A stretch of 32,000 nt of DNA from contig CP064995.1 of assembly GCA_016700015.1 (NCBI GenBank), forward strand, positions 870,001 to 902,000. The letters run 5' to 3'. Positions 8,871 through 16,930 of this stretch are shown here, piece after piece. Within the stretch, counting starts at the first letter, position 1; every line of letters begins with the position of its first letter. Source of the DNA: Candidatus Saccharimonadota bacterium (lineage in GTDB: Bacteria > Patescibacteriota > Saccharimonadia > Saccharimonadales > Saccharimonadaceae). A program made the translations under genes and the position numbers. Below the pieces are notes generated by a model, which searched no databases, had not been told where the DNA came from, and was given only the letters and a program-made list of their open reading frames with translations.

Positions 8871-8880
8871 TATTATAATA
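8871..8880. promoter_or_regulatory. palindromic shared -10 element of a bidirectional promoter
   Basis: tattataata is its own reverse complement. It reads TATAAT on the plus strand (8874-8879) and on the minus strand (8872-8877). It sits in the 31-bp spacer between divergent starts at 8855 and 8887. Confidence 0.35.
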
Positions 8881-8886
8881 GATACC

Positions 8887-9645
8887 ATGAAACAGCAAAG
8901 TGAAAAAAAGGAACCATCTTTGTCGGTTAAGGCTATTGCTGCCGTAGAGCTGGGTAAGACCACCCCTTTCCGTGTCTTTATATGGCGGCTACGGCGCGGG
9001 TTGCGCGATGCGCTTGGCGGAAAAGATTTATTGATTGTTGAGTCGGAAGCACAGAATGCTCGCTATAAGGCACGTGAAGTATACCGAAGTGTTAGTGCCT
9101 TTATGGCGAAGAACTTTCCTAAGCTGGTCGTCGATACTCCTATAGAGATAGCGCGCAAAATGGTGCATGACCGGATAAAGGAGCTTGGCTATTATATCGT
9201 TGAAGAAGATTTGAAAAAGCCGTGGGGTGCATACTACCGTATGGCAAGTGATGATGCCGAGCGTTTTGTTCAGGAATTTTTCCCAGGGCTTAGTCTTGTT
9301 GAAGCTAAACTTGGCCGCAAAGATGTCGAGCTGAGCCCAAAGTTCCTACTAGTGGCACCAGGGCATCGGCTTAGTTGGCAGTACCATAGTCGGCGAGCGG
9401 AACGCTGGCGATTTTTGACCGCTGGCGCCTATTATCGTAGCCATGATGACGCTATGCCTGACATACTGATTCATGGCAGGGCTGGACAAGTCGTGCAGTT
9501 TGATGCGGGGGAGCGACACCGCCTTTGCTCGGAGCCCTATAGTAAAAACTACACACTGGTAGCTGAAATTTGGCAGCACACTGACAATAGGCATCACTCA
9601 GATGAAAACGACATTATACGTCTACAAGACGACTATAAACGTTAG
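8887..9645 (+). CDS. cupin-domain protein resembling type II phosphomannose isomerase (C-terminal domain)
   Basis: KPWGAYYRM, PGHRLSWQYHSRRAERWRF, GERHRL and the terminal ENDIIRLQDDYKR match the type II PMI cupin pattern (RPWG...LSLQxHxxRxEHW...EDDIVRxxDxYGR). The N-terminal ~110 aa are unassigned. The start is placed at ATG 8887. Confidence 0.6.
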   Translation: MKQQSEKKEPSLSVKAIAAVELGKTTPFRVFIWRLRRGLRDALGGKDLLIVESEAQNARYKAREVYRSVSAFMAKNFPKLVVDTPIEIARKMVHDRIKELGYYIVEEDLKKPWGAYYRMASDDAERFVQEFFPGLSLVEAKLGRKDVELSPKFLLVAPGHRLSWQYHSRRAERWRFLTAGAYYRSHDDAMPDILIHGRAGQVVQFDAGERHRLCSEPYSKNYTLVAEIWQHTDNRHHSDENDIIRLQDDYKR

Positions 9646-10049
9646 TGTTTTCTAAACACTAATTTTGCATAGAAAATATAATTCCAAACTAGTGATACAC
9701 AGGTAGCGAGGAGTTTTGCTAACAACAGCCCCGTATCTGTATGTCCAGTTAGTACTGAGAATGCTGGCAGACTAAGTTGAATGACCACTGTTTGCAATAC
9801 CCATAGCCCAAATAGTGTCACAATAACAAAAAGTAGCATTTCGCGCACAATATTGGCGCCGCTCGACTTGAACGTATAGCGCCTATTAGCAAAAAAACTG
9901 AAACTAAAAGCAGCGCTTGTCGAAATGATATTAGCAAGCCCAACTGGTAAGCCAAGGAATTTTAAGATAAATAACACGCCAAAATCAATGGCGGTATTGA
10001 TGATACCCACCAGCCCAAAACGTCCTATCTGGCGGCTATTTTTTGTCAC
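9642..10049 (-). CDS. GtrA family membrane protein
   Basis: RQIGRFGLVGIINTAIDFGVLFIL plus four predicted TM helices. A likely GTG start at 10049 overlaps the upstream stop (GTGACAAAAAATAG) and gives 135 aa. The ORF track extends the ORF to 10139. Confidence 0.75.
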   Translation of the reverse strand: MTKNSRQIGRFGLVGIINTAIDFGVLFILKFLGLPVGLANIISTSAAFSFSFFANRRYTFKSSGANIVREMLLFVIVTLFGLWVLQTVVIQLSLPAFSVLTGHTDTGLLLAKLLATCVSLVWNYIFYAKLVFRKH

Positions 10050-10983
10050 GAACAGCCTCGTGATACTCTTCGACGAGGTAGAGCGGCCGGTTCTTGGTTT
10101 CGTTAAATATCCGGCCAACGTATTCGCCAATAATGCCAATACTCAGTAGCTGCACGCCGCCCATGAACAATATAACTGCCATAGTCGAAGCGTAGCCGGG
10201 TACTGTTGGTACACCAAAAAGGGGCCGTAGTAGCAGATAAATAATATACACAAACGCAATCAATGAGATAATTGCTCCAATGAACGACGAAATCCGTAGC
10301 GGTGCAGTAGTAAAGCTGGTGATACCATCGATAGCCAAATTGATGAGTTTGGCGTAATTCCATTTTGTTTCGCCAGCCGCCCGCGGGTCGCGGTCGTAGA
10401 GAATTTCCTTTTTCTTATATCCTATCCAACTGAACATACCTTTCGTATAACGCTCGCTCTCTCGGAATGAGCGTAACGCCTCGATGCAGCGGCGGTCGAG
10501 AAGGCGAAAGTCACCAGTATCGACCTGTATCGGGATGCGGGTACTTGATTGAAGAATTTTGTAATACCACCTACTAGTTTGCTTTTTTAGTATACTCTCG
10601 CCCGCCCGGCTACGACGACGCGCAAAGACATCATCATAGCCCTGCTCCCAATACTCAATCATTTGGGGTATGAGCTCTGGTGGGTCTTGCAAATCAGCGT
10701 CGATGATCACAGCAGCATCACCCTTGACGAAGTCGAAGCCAGCACACATCGCGACTTCTTTGCCAAAGTTGCGGCTGAAGTTGACGTAACTAATACGTTT
10801 GTCGCTAGCGGCGTATTTTTTAATCAGTTCAAGTGTGTTGTCGCGGCTACCATCATTGATAAATAGAAATTCAAAATCATAACTACTATTTTCGTGAGCG
10901 AGCTTGCCAAGCCGCTCCATCAGCATTGGCAACACTTCTTCTTCGTTGTAGGCAGGAATAAGGATAGAAATAAGCTTTTTCAT
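10036..10983 (-). CDS. polyprenyl-phosphate glycosyltransferase, GT2 (GtrB/CsbB/ArnC/DPM1-like)
   Basis: Motifs ILIPAYNEEE, FINDGSRDNT and DADLQDPPE, plus two C-terminal TM helices and IGEYVGRIFNETKNRPLYLV, fit this family. Confidence 0.85.
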   Translation of the reverse strand: MKKLISILIPAYNEEEVLPMLMERLGKLAHENSSYDFEFLFINDGSRDNTLELIKKYAASDKRISYVNFSRNFGKEVAMCAGFDFVKGDAAVIIDADLQDPPELIPQMIEYWEQGYDDVFARRRSRAGESILKKQTSRWYYKILQSSTRIPIQVDTGDFRLLDRRCIEALRSFRESERYTKGMFSWIGYKKKEILYDRDPRAAGETKWNYAKLINLAIDGITSFTTAPLRISSFIGAIISLIAFVYIIYLLLRPLFGVPTVPGYASTMAVILFMGGVQLLSIGIIGEYVGRIFNETKNRPLYLVEEYHEAVRDKK

Positions 10984-11000
10984 TACGATCTATTATAGCG

Positions 11001-11864
11001 CTATTTTACCTTTGCGATAAGCTCGGTAATGCTTTTGGCGGTGTGACAGCCCTGTTCGGCCAGATAGGCAGTTTTGGCGGCAGCAGTTTCGAGCTTGTTG
11101 GTGCCTAGGATCGCACCGGCGTGACCCATTTGCACCCCAGCTGGGGCCGAGTGACCGGCGATATAGGCATAGACGGGCTTGCTGACATGCTCGCGAATAT
11201 AGTCGGCAGCAGCAATTTCTTCAGTACCCCCGATTTCGCCGATCATGATGATGCGCGTGATGGCGGGGTCGTTTTCGAACAGTTCGAGACATTCCGTGAA
11301 CCCAGTGCCACGTACCATGTCGCCGCCGATGCCAATGATGTATTTTTGGCCGAGCCCGTGGCGTGTCAGTAAATCCATGGCTTCGTAGGTGAGCGTACCG
11401 CTACGGCTGACGACGGCCGTGTCGCCCTGGCTTGCCAGCGCGGCCGGTATGATGCCGAGCAAATTGCTGCCCGGCACTAGCACGCCCGGGCAGTTGGGGC
11501 CAATGAGCGTCGACCGACTTCCCTCTAGTTTTTTTCGCACGGCCAACATATCGTGTACCGGGATGCCTTCGGTAATACAAACGATCAGCGGCACCTCGGC
11601 GTCAATTGCTTCAAATATCGCTGCTTTAGCATGAGCGGCTGGGACAAACACGACACTTATATCGACAAGCATGTCGCGCTGAATGTCGACTATGCGAGCG
11701 TACACTGGAATCGTGTCATCGAACAATGTACCAGCTCTAGTAGGCGACGTGCCGGCGACAATAGGCGTGCCGTAGGCAATCATGTTGCGGGTATGAAAGG
11801 CGCCGTGGGTGCCGGTGATACCCTGTACAATGACGTTTTTACCGGTAAACACGGTAGGGCTCAT
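11001..11864 (-). CDS. sucD: succinate--CoA ligase (ADP-forming) alpha subunit-like
   Basis: Contains VIVQGITGTHGAFH, LIGPNCPGV, SRSGTLTYE and the phosphohistidine loop MGHAGAI. The ATG at 11864 overlaps the sucC stop (ATGA). Confidence 0.85.
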   Translation of the reverse strand: MSPTVFTGKNVIVQGITGTHGAFHTRNMIAYGTPIVAGTSPTRAGTLFDDTIPVYARIVDIQRDMLVDISVVFVPAAHAKAAIFEAIDAEVPLIVCITEGIPVHDMLAVRKKLEGSRSTLIGPNCPGVLVPGSNLLGIIPAALASQGDTAVVSRSGTLTYEAMDLLTRHGLGQKYIIGIGGDMVRGTGFTECLELFENDPAITRIIMIGEIGGTEEIAAADYIREHVSKPVYAYIAGHSAPAGVQMGHAGAILGTNKLETAAAKTAYLAEQGCHTAKSITELIAKVK

Positions 11865-12922
11865 GATTTCATTGCCTCCAAGCAACCTTCGAGGGTAGCG
11901 TATAGCGTGAGCTGCTCGGCAGCTAATAGTTCGGCGGCTTCCTGGCTGCGGTTACCGCTTAGTCGTATATAGAGCGCGGGTAACTCTGGCAGCTGGCGCT
12001 TTGCTTCAATAATCGCCTGCGCCACCGTGTCGCAGCGCACAATTCCGCCGAAAATGTTGATAATGATTGCGCTGACGTGCGGGAACTGAGTGATGCGCCG
12101 AAAGCTTTCGACTACTTTTTCAGTTGTGGCGCCGCCGCCAATATCGAGGAAGTTGGCGGGGGTGAGCCCGGCGTCTTTAACAGCATCGACGGTGGCCATC
12201 GCCAGGCCCGCGCCATTGGCAATCGTCGCCACGGTCCCTTCGTGGTTCAGTGTCACAAAATTAGAGTCGGCCGGTTTGTCCTCAAAGTCCCAATCCAGGT
12301 GCCGGAACATAGCCGCATCATCGAGTAGCATTTTGCAGTCGCCCGCCACCAGCTTGCCATCGTCCGTTAGGACCAAGGGGTTGATTTCGAGCAGAGTCGC
12401 ATCGTTAGTAACAAAACAGCTATAAAGCTCCTCCACCATAGTTTGCAACACAAACGATTTCTCGGGCAGTTCTAAGTAGTCGGCGAGGCTGTCGCCAACC
12501 CCTTCGCAATTATCGTCATCAAGCTTGCGGCGAAAGAATTCGTCTGTCTGGTGCGACTCAACTTCCACGCCGCCCTCGCGATGTGCTACTAGTTCAATGG
12601 TGCCTTGCTCACGATTGATGACAAGCGACAAATAGTATTCGTGTTTAATAACGAGCAACTCCTCAATTAATAGTGAGCGCGGGCGGTAGCCCTTAATCTC
12701 AAGTTCGAAAATCTCATTGACCACTCGGTGAAGCTCATTTTCATTCTTTACTACCCTTACTCCACCCGCCTTGCCGCGCCCACCGACGGGTACTTGGGAT
12801 TTCATCACCGCAGGTAGGCTAATTGTACTAAGATTACGACTCGCCACCACAACAATTCCGTTTGGAACCTTTATTCCCGCTGCTCCAAGTAGATTTTTGG
12901 CTTCGTATTCGAGTAGTTTCAC
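11861..12922 (-). CDS. sucC: succinate--CoA ligase beta subunit-like (ATP-grasp)
   Basis: MKLLEYEAKNLL, GGRGKAGGV and LLEINPL match SucC. IANGAGLAMATVD and NFLDIGGGA form the ligase-CoA domain. At 353 aa it is somewhat shorter than typical SucC. The GTG start overlaps the upstream GT2 stop. Confidence 0.8.
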   Translation of the reverse strand: MKLLEYEAKNLLGAAGIKVPNGIVVVASRNLSTISLPAVMKSQVPVGGRGKAGGVRVVKNENELHRVVNEIFELEIKGYRPRSLLIEELLVIKHEYYLSLVINREQGTIELVAHREGGVEVESHQTDEFFRRKLDDDNCEGVGDSLADYLELPEKSFVLQTMVEELYSCFVTNDATLLEINPLVLTDDGKLVAGDCKMLLDDAAMFRHLDWDFEDKPADSNFVTLNHEGTVATIANGAGLAMATVDAVKDAGLTPANFLDIGGGATTEKVVESFRRITQFPHVSAIIINIFGGIVRCDTVAQAIIEAKRQLPELPALYIRLSGNRSQEAAELLAAEQLTLYATLEGCLEAMKS

Positions 12923-13947
12923 TAGCTCTTCCCTGTAAATAGTTTCCTAAATTTCCGCAGACCAGTTTGTTCGGGCGGGATATCGTGCAGAATAATGCTG
13001 TCTATGTAGTCATCGCTAACCCGGCGCGATTTCTGAATTCGCCAGCGCTCTTTGAACATATGCGGGATGAGTGTCCAGCTAAGCAGGAAGCCTTTTACTG
13101 CCGGCCCGCCCCGTCCTTTTACGACGGCGTGGCCGAGGATTAAAAAGTAAGCGAGAACGAACCGAGGGTATATGTGGAGGCAAAGGTAGAGGGGCACGTT
13201 TTTTGTCAGCAGCATCGGCAGGTTTTTAAACGTTTGGGTAGTCGCAAGACCAGGCACCTTATTGGTACTGGCACTGATTTTATGATACGCAACTGCTTTA
13301 GGAGTGTAGCGAACCTTGTAACCTGCAAGTTGAGCCCGAAAACTCAGGTCGACATCTTCAAAATACATAAAGTATTTCTCATCAAAAAGCCCAATATCGC
13401 GCAGCATACTAGCCCGCGCAACAAACCCCCCGCCGGTCGAACCAAATATGCATTCGGCATCTTTTGGTGCATCTACTAGCTTAGTATTGCGTCCGCGCGG
13501 ACCAGGGATACCCCAAGTAGTGTAGAAATCACCCGTACTATCAACATGCTCATGGTCGCTTCGGGCTAGAATGCCAGTTACAATACCCGCTTCTGGCAGC
13601 TGTCCGAGCTCTCTAATCAATGAATCCGTCCAGGCTTTATCGGCGACTGCATCGGGGTTGAGCGTACCAATGAATTGGTACCCCGCCTCTAGCGCAGCAG
13701 TAAAACCAAGGTTGTTTCCCCCAGTGTATCCATCGTTTTTCGGGCTTTCGATGAGCCGTAAGTGGTCGGTATCCTTGGTTACGATATATTGTCGAATTTG
13801 TTCTACCGAATTGTCGCTTGAGGCATTGTCAACGATAAATATATCTGGCTTAATCGACTCCTGTGTAAGCAGCGAATCAACGCAGCGGAGAGAATCTTCG
13901 GCGCAGTTCCAATTGAGAACAATAATTGCAAGTCTGTTTTTCGTCAC
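12922..13947 (-). CDS. glycosyltransferase family 2 (rhamnosyltransferase-like)
   Basis: LAIIVLNWNCAEDSLRCVDSL, FIVDNASSDNS and YFEDVDLSFR form the typical GT2 signature set. The start is GTG at 13947. Confidence 0.8.
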   Translation of the reverse strand: MTKNRLAIIVLNWNCAEDSLRCVDSLLTQESIKPDIFIVDNASSDNSVEQIRQYIVTKDTDHLRLIESPKNDGYTGGNNLGFTAALEAGYQFIGTLNPDAVADKAWTDSLIRELGQLPEAGIVTGILARSDHEHVDSTGDFYTTWGIPGPRGRNTKLVDAPKDAECIFGSTGGGFVARASMLRDIGLFDEKYFMYFEDVDLSFRAQLAGYKVRYTPKAVAYHKISASTNKVPGLATTQTFKNLPMLLTKNVPLYLCLHIYPRFVLAYFLILGHAVVKGRGGPAVKGFLLSWTLIPHMFKERWRIQKSRRVSDDYIDSIILHDIPPEQTGLRKFRKLFTGKS

Positions 13948-13961
13948 CTTCTTATCATATA

Positions 13962-14786
13962 ATGGACCCTATAGATATGAAACTATCCAATATTGCGAGT
14001 AGGAAAAATCGGATCCTATTGCGTGAGCTTGTTGTAACTGACTTCAAGTTACGCTATCAGGGATCGGTACTTGGGTATGCATGGAGTGTGCTAAAGCCAC
14101 TATTTCTTTTCGTGATTCTTTACATTGTATTCGAGAAGTTTCTTCGCCTTGGTAGAGATATCGAACACTTTCCAGTATACCTTTTGTTGGGTGTGGTTTT
14201 GTGGGGATTCTTCACAGAGGCGACTATTCAGGGTTTGCAATCTATCGTGTCGAGGGGCGACCTTATACGGAAGATTAATTTTCCAAAGTATATCATTGTG
14301 ATATCGGGCACGGTTTCAGCGCTCATAAACCTCGCTATCAATATGATAGTGGTCTTTATATTCAGTTTACTGAATGGCGTAGTGATTACTTTTGACGCAC
14401 TGCTCGTATTTCCGCTACTAATAGAGCTTTATGTTTTCTCCCTCGGAATAGCCTTCTTTTTAGCAGCGATAAACACAAAATATCGCGATGTCGGTTATCT
14501 ATGGGAGATATTTCTACAGGCGGCATTCTATGCAACACCCGTGCTATATCCTTTACAGATGGTTATTAAAGAGGCGCCGGCAGCAGCGGGTTGGATTATG
14601 CTAAACCCTGTCGCGCAAGTTATCCAAGATGTCCGACATGTGCTTGTGACAAATCAAGCAGTAACGCTTTATCAAGTTGTGGCCGACTGGCGTATCGCGA
14701 TTCCCTTCATCCTAATTGGCGGCGTAGTCATGATGGCCTCATACTACTTCAGGTCTACTCAAAAGTATTTTGCGGAGATGATCTAG
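13962..14786 (+). CDS. wzm: ABC-2 type polysaccharide export permease (Wzm/TagG/RgpC family)
   Basis: LLRELVVTDFKLRYQGSVLGYAWSVLKPL is the family's N-terminal signature, and six TM helices are predicted. The start is ambiguous between ATG 13962 and ATG 13977. Confidence 0.85.
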   Translation: MDPIDMKLSNIASRKNRILLRELVVTDFKLRYQGSVLGYAWSVLKPLFLFVILYIVFEKFLRLGRDIEHFPVYLLLGVVLWGFFTEATIQGLQSIVSRGDLIRKINFPKYIIVISGTVSALINLAINMIVVFIFSLLNGVVITFDALLVFPLLIELYVFSLGIAFFLAAINTKYRDVGYLWEIFLQAAFYATPVLYPLQMVIKEAPAAAGWIMLNPVAQVIQDVRHVLVTNQAVTLYQVVADWRIAIPFILIGGVVMMASYYFRSTQKYFAEMI

Positions 14787-15971
14787 ATGCAAACAAAGCA
14801 GGCTGCACTAGAGGTTCAGAATCTTAAGAAGTCTTTTAAGATTCCCCTAGAAGCAACTAGTGGATTAAAGCAGAAATTGATAAATACCATGAGAGGACGT
14901 AAGGGCTATCGGGTTTTTACGCCACTGGATGGAATATCTTTTGAGATTGAGAAAGGCGACTTTTTCGGCATAGTTGGGCGAAACGGGTCTGGTAAAAGTA
15001 CGCTACTAAAGACGATAGCGGGCATTTATACACCGAATGAGGGAAGTGTAAGTATCACAGGGAGCCTGATCCCGTTTATTGAACTAGGGGTTGGTTTCAA
15101 CCCGGAGTTAACCGGCAGGGAAAACGTATTCCTAAATGGGGCGCTCCTCGGCTTTAGTCGCAGCGACATGCTAGATATGTATGACGACATTGTTGAATTT
15201 GCTGAACTGCACGATTTTATGGATGAGAGGCTAAAGAACTATTCAAGCGGTATGCAAGTTCGACTTGCGTTCTCTATAGCTATTAAGGCTGAGGCGGACA
15301 TATTGTTACTCGATGAGGTATTGGCTGTTGGTGATGCGGCATTTCAAAGGAAGTGCTACGACTACTTCATGTCACTGAAGGGAAAAAAGCAGACAGTAGT
15401 ACTGGTTACCCACGATATGAATGCGGTTAGGAGATACTGCGATAAGGCAATTATGCTTGAGAAGGGTAAGATAGTAAAAATAGGCAATGTTGATGATGTT
15501 GCGCAAGAATATCAAAAATTATTCATGCAAGCCGACGAATCAACTGTTGAGCAATCGAAAGATATATGGGGAGAGGGAGGTCTGAGGCTGTATAATGCCG
15601 AGGTAAAGGTGGGTACAGAACGAGTTACGATCAAAACCACATATATGGCAAACAAGAACCTACCGCCGCCCGTGTATGGCATTACTTTGTATAATAATGC
15701 TGGAACAAACGTTCTTGAAGCAAATACGTTAAAGGAAAATATAAAGACCAAGCCAATACAAAAGGGTGATAAAGTGAGTTTAGAGTGGGAATTTCAGAAT
15801 ATCTTATCAGATGGTAGCTATAATATTAGTGTTGCCTGCTGTGATCTATCTGTTACACGCTACTACCAGTGGGTAAATAAAGCGGTCTCATTTAGCGTAA
15901 AGAAACACGAAATAACAGGCGGGGTGGTGGACCCGCAGATATCAGTTGTAATGAATGAGGTGATAACATAA
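14787..15971 (+). CDS. wzt: polysaccharide ABC exporter ATP-binding protein (Wzt/TagH/RgpD) with ~150-aa C-terminal beta-rich extension (Wzt_C-like)
   Basis: Walker [13 protein letters not shown], signature [11 protein letters not shown] and Walker [13 protein letters not shown] are present. Residues ~250-394 lie beyond the NBD and resemble the glycan-binding Wzt C-terminal domain. Confidence 0.85.
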   Translation: MQTKQAALEVQNLKKSFKIPLEATSGLKQKLINTMRGRKGYRVFTPLDGISFEIEKGDFFGIVGRNGSGKSTLLKTIAGIYTPNEGSVSITGSLIPFIELGVGFNPELTGRENVFLNGALLGFSRSDMLDMYDDIVEFAELHDFMDERLKNYSSGMQVRLAFSIAIKAEADILLLDEVLAVGDAAFQRKCYDYFMSLKGKKQTVVLVTHDMNAVRRYCDKAIMLEKGKIVKIGNVDDVAQEYQKLFMQADESTVEQSKDIWGEGGLRLYNAEVKVGTERVTIKTTYMANKNLPPPVYGITLYNNAGTNVLEANTLKENIKTKPIQKGDKVSLEWEFQNILSDGSYNISVACCDLSVTRYYQWVNKAVSFSVKKHEITGGVVDPQISVVMNEVIT

Positions 15972-16930
15972 TGCCAAAAAGCAACAACACACTAGTAAAC
16001 GATTATGAGCGCATGGTGCCAGAGTTCCATAAAGACAAGCTGATATATGCGGAACACGTCACTCGCTATATTGCCGCAAAGCAAGTTGTATCGGGTAAAA
16101 CAGTACTCGATATCGCAAGTGGCTCCGGGTATGGTACTCAAATGCTGGCTGAAACCGCCAAGTTCGTGTACGGTGTTGATATCAATAAAAATGCGATAGG
16201 CTATGCACAGGAGTATTTTAGCGGTAAGAATATTGAATACCGCCTAGGTGATGGTGAGAGTATTCCTCTGGATGACGACAGTGTGGATATTGTAGTGACG
16301 TTTGAGACGATTGAGCATATAAAAAACTATAGGAAGTTTCTCGACGAGGTTCGTCGGATACTTAAGCCTGACGGCTTATTGCTGATATCTACACCGAATG
16401 ATGTTGAATTTGCCGAGGGTAACCACTTTCATCTACATGAATTTAAATATGATGAGCTAGTGAAGCTCCTCAAGCAATACTACAAAAACATTGATTCATA
16501 CTTCCAATCGACATGGAAATATGTTGCCGTTGGTTCCGAGCATGACCTTGGCAGTGACACTGCGACGAAGGTGCTTAATCTTACTAAGAAAACGCGAGAT
16601 CAGCACCTCTACTTCTACCTACTTTGTAGTAATCGTGAAATTACGGAGACTGTCGAATATATCGCCGCGGTAGGTGAGCACTATAGTGATAGAGAGCTGC
16701 AGACCAAAGATTATAAACAGTGGAAGCAAAAAAAGAAGCTTGAAGAAGAGAATAGCGAACTGAAGTTGCTTGTTGCCGACAAGAGTCGACACGTAGAAGA
16801 GTTAAAAAATGTTAATAAGGAAAAGGACAGAAGAATAGCCGAGATTACTGGGTCGAGGGGCTACCGGTTGCTCAATAAGGTTCGTACAGTCAAGCATCGC
16901 GTCACAAAATCTCCACACAGTCCACGCTAG
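15971..16930 (+). CDS. class I SAM-dependent methyltransferase with C-terminal coiled coil
   Basis: [12 protein letters not shown] (motif I) and [13 protein letters not shown] are present. The C-terminal ~80 aa are heptad-like and charged ([44 protein letters not shown]), followed by a basic tail. The start overlaps the wzt stop (TAATG). Confidence 0.8.
   Translation: MPKSNNTLVNDYERMVPEFHKDKLIYAEHVTRYIAAKQVVSGKTVLDIASGSGYGTQMLAETAKFVYGVDINKNAIGYAQEYFSGKNIEYRLGDGESIPLDDDSVDIVVTFETIEHIKNYRKFLDEVRRILKPDGLLLISTPNDVEFAEGNHFHLHEFKYDELVKLLKQYYKNIDSYFQSTWKYVAVGSEHDLGSDTATKVLNLTKKTRDQHLYFYLLCSNREITETVEYIAAVGEHYSDRELQTKDYKQWKQKKKLEEENSELKLLVADKSRHVEELKNVNKEKDRRIAEITGSRGYRLLNKVRTVKHRVTKSPHSPR

Noticed and set aside
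8824-8886. N-terminal extensions of track ORFs (8824 for the cupin gene, 8963 for GT4, 25564 for rmlA, 25514 for Nudix, 28637 for rmlB, 11885 for sucD, 10139 for gtrA, 3886 for dnaN)
   Set aside because: The extensions are non-homologous, often overlap the divergent neighbour, and ignore better internal starts that restore family-typical N-termini and SD or overlap coupling.
11553-11972. Long antisense or alternative-frame ORFs inside conserved genes (also 4452..4871, 12090..12425, 13571..14002, 26190..26675, 27495..27974, 28011..28430, 29502..29906)
   Set aside because: They lie opposite or out of frame to genes with strong family signatures. They have Arg/Ser/Ala-rich low-complexity translations typical of GC-rich shadow ORFs, and no motifs of their own.
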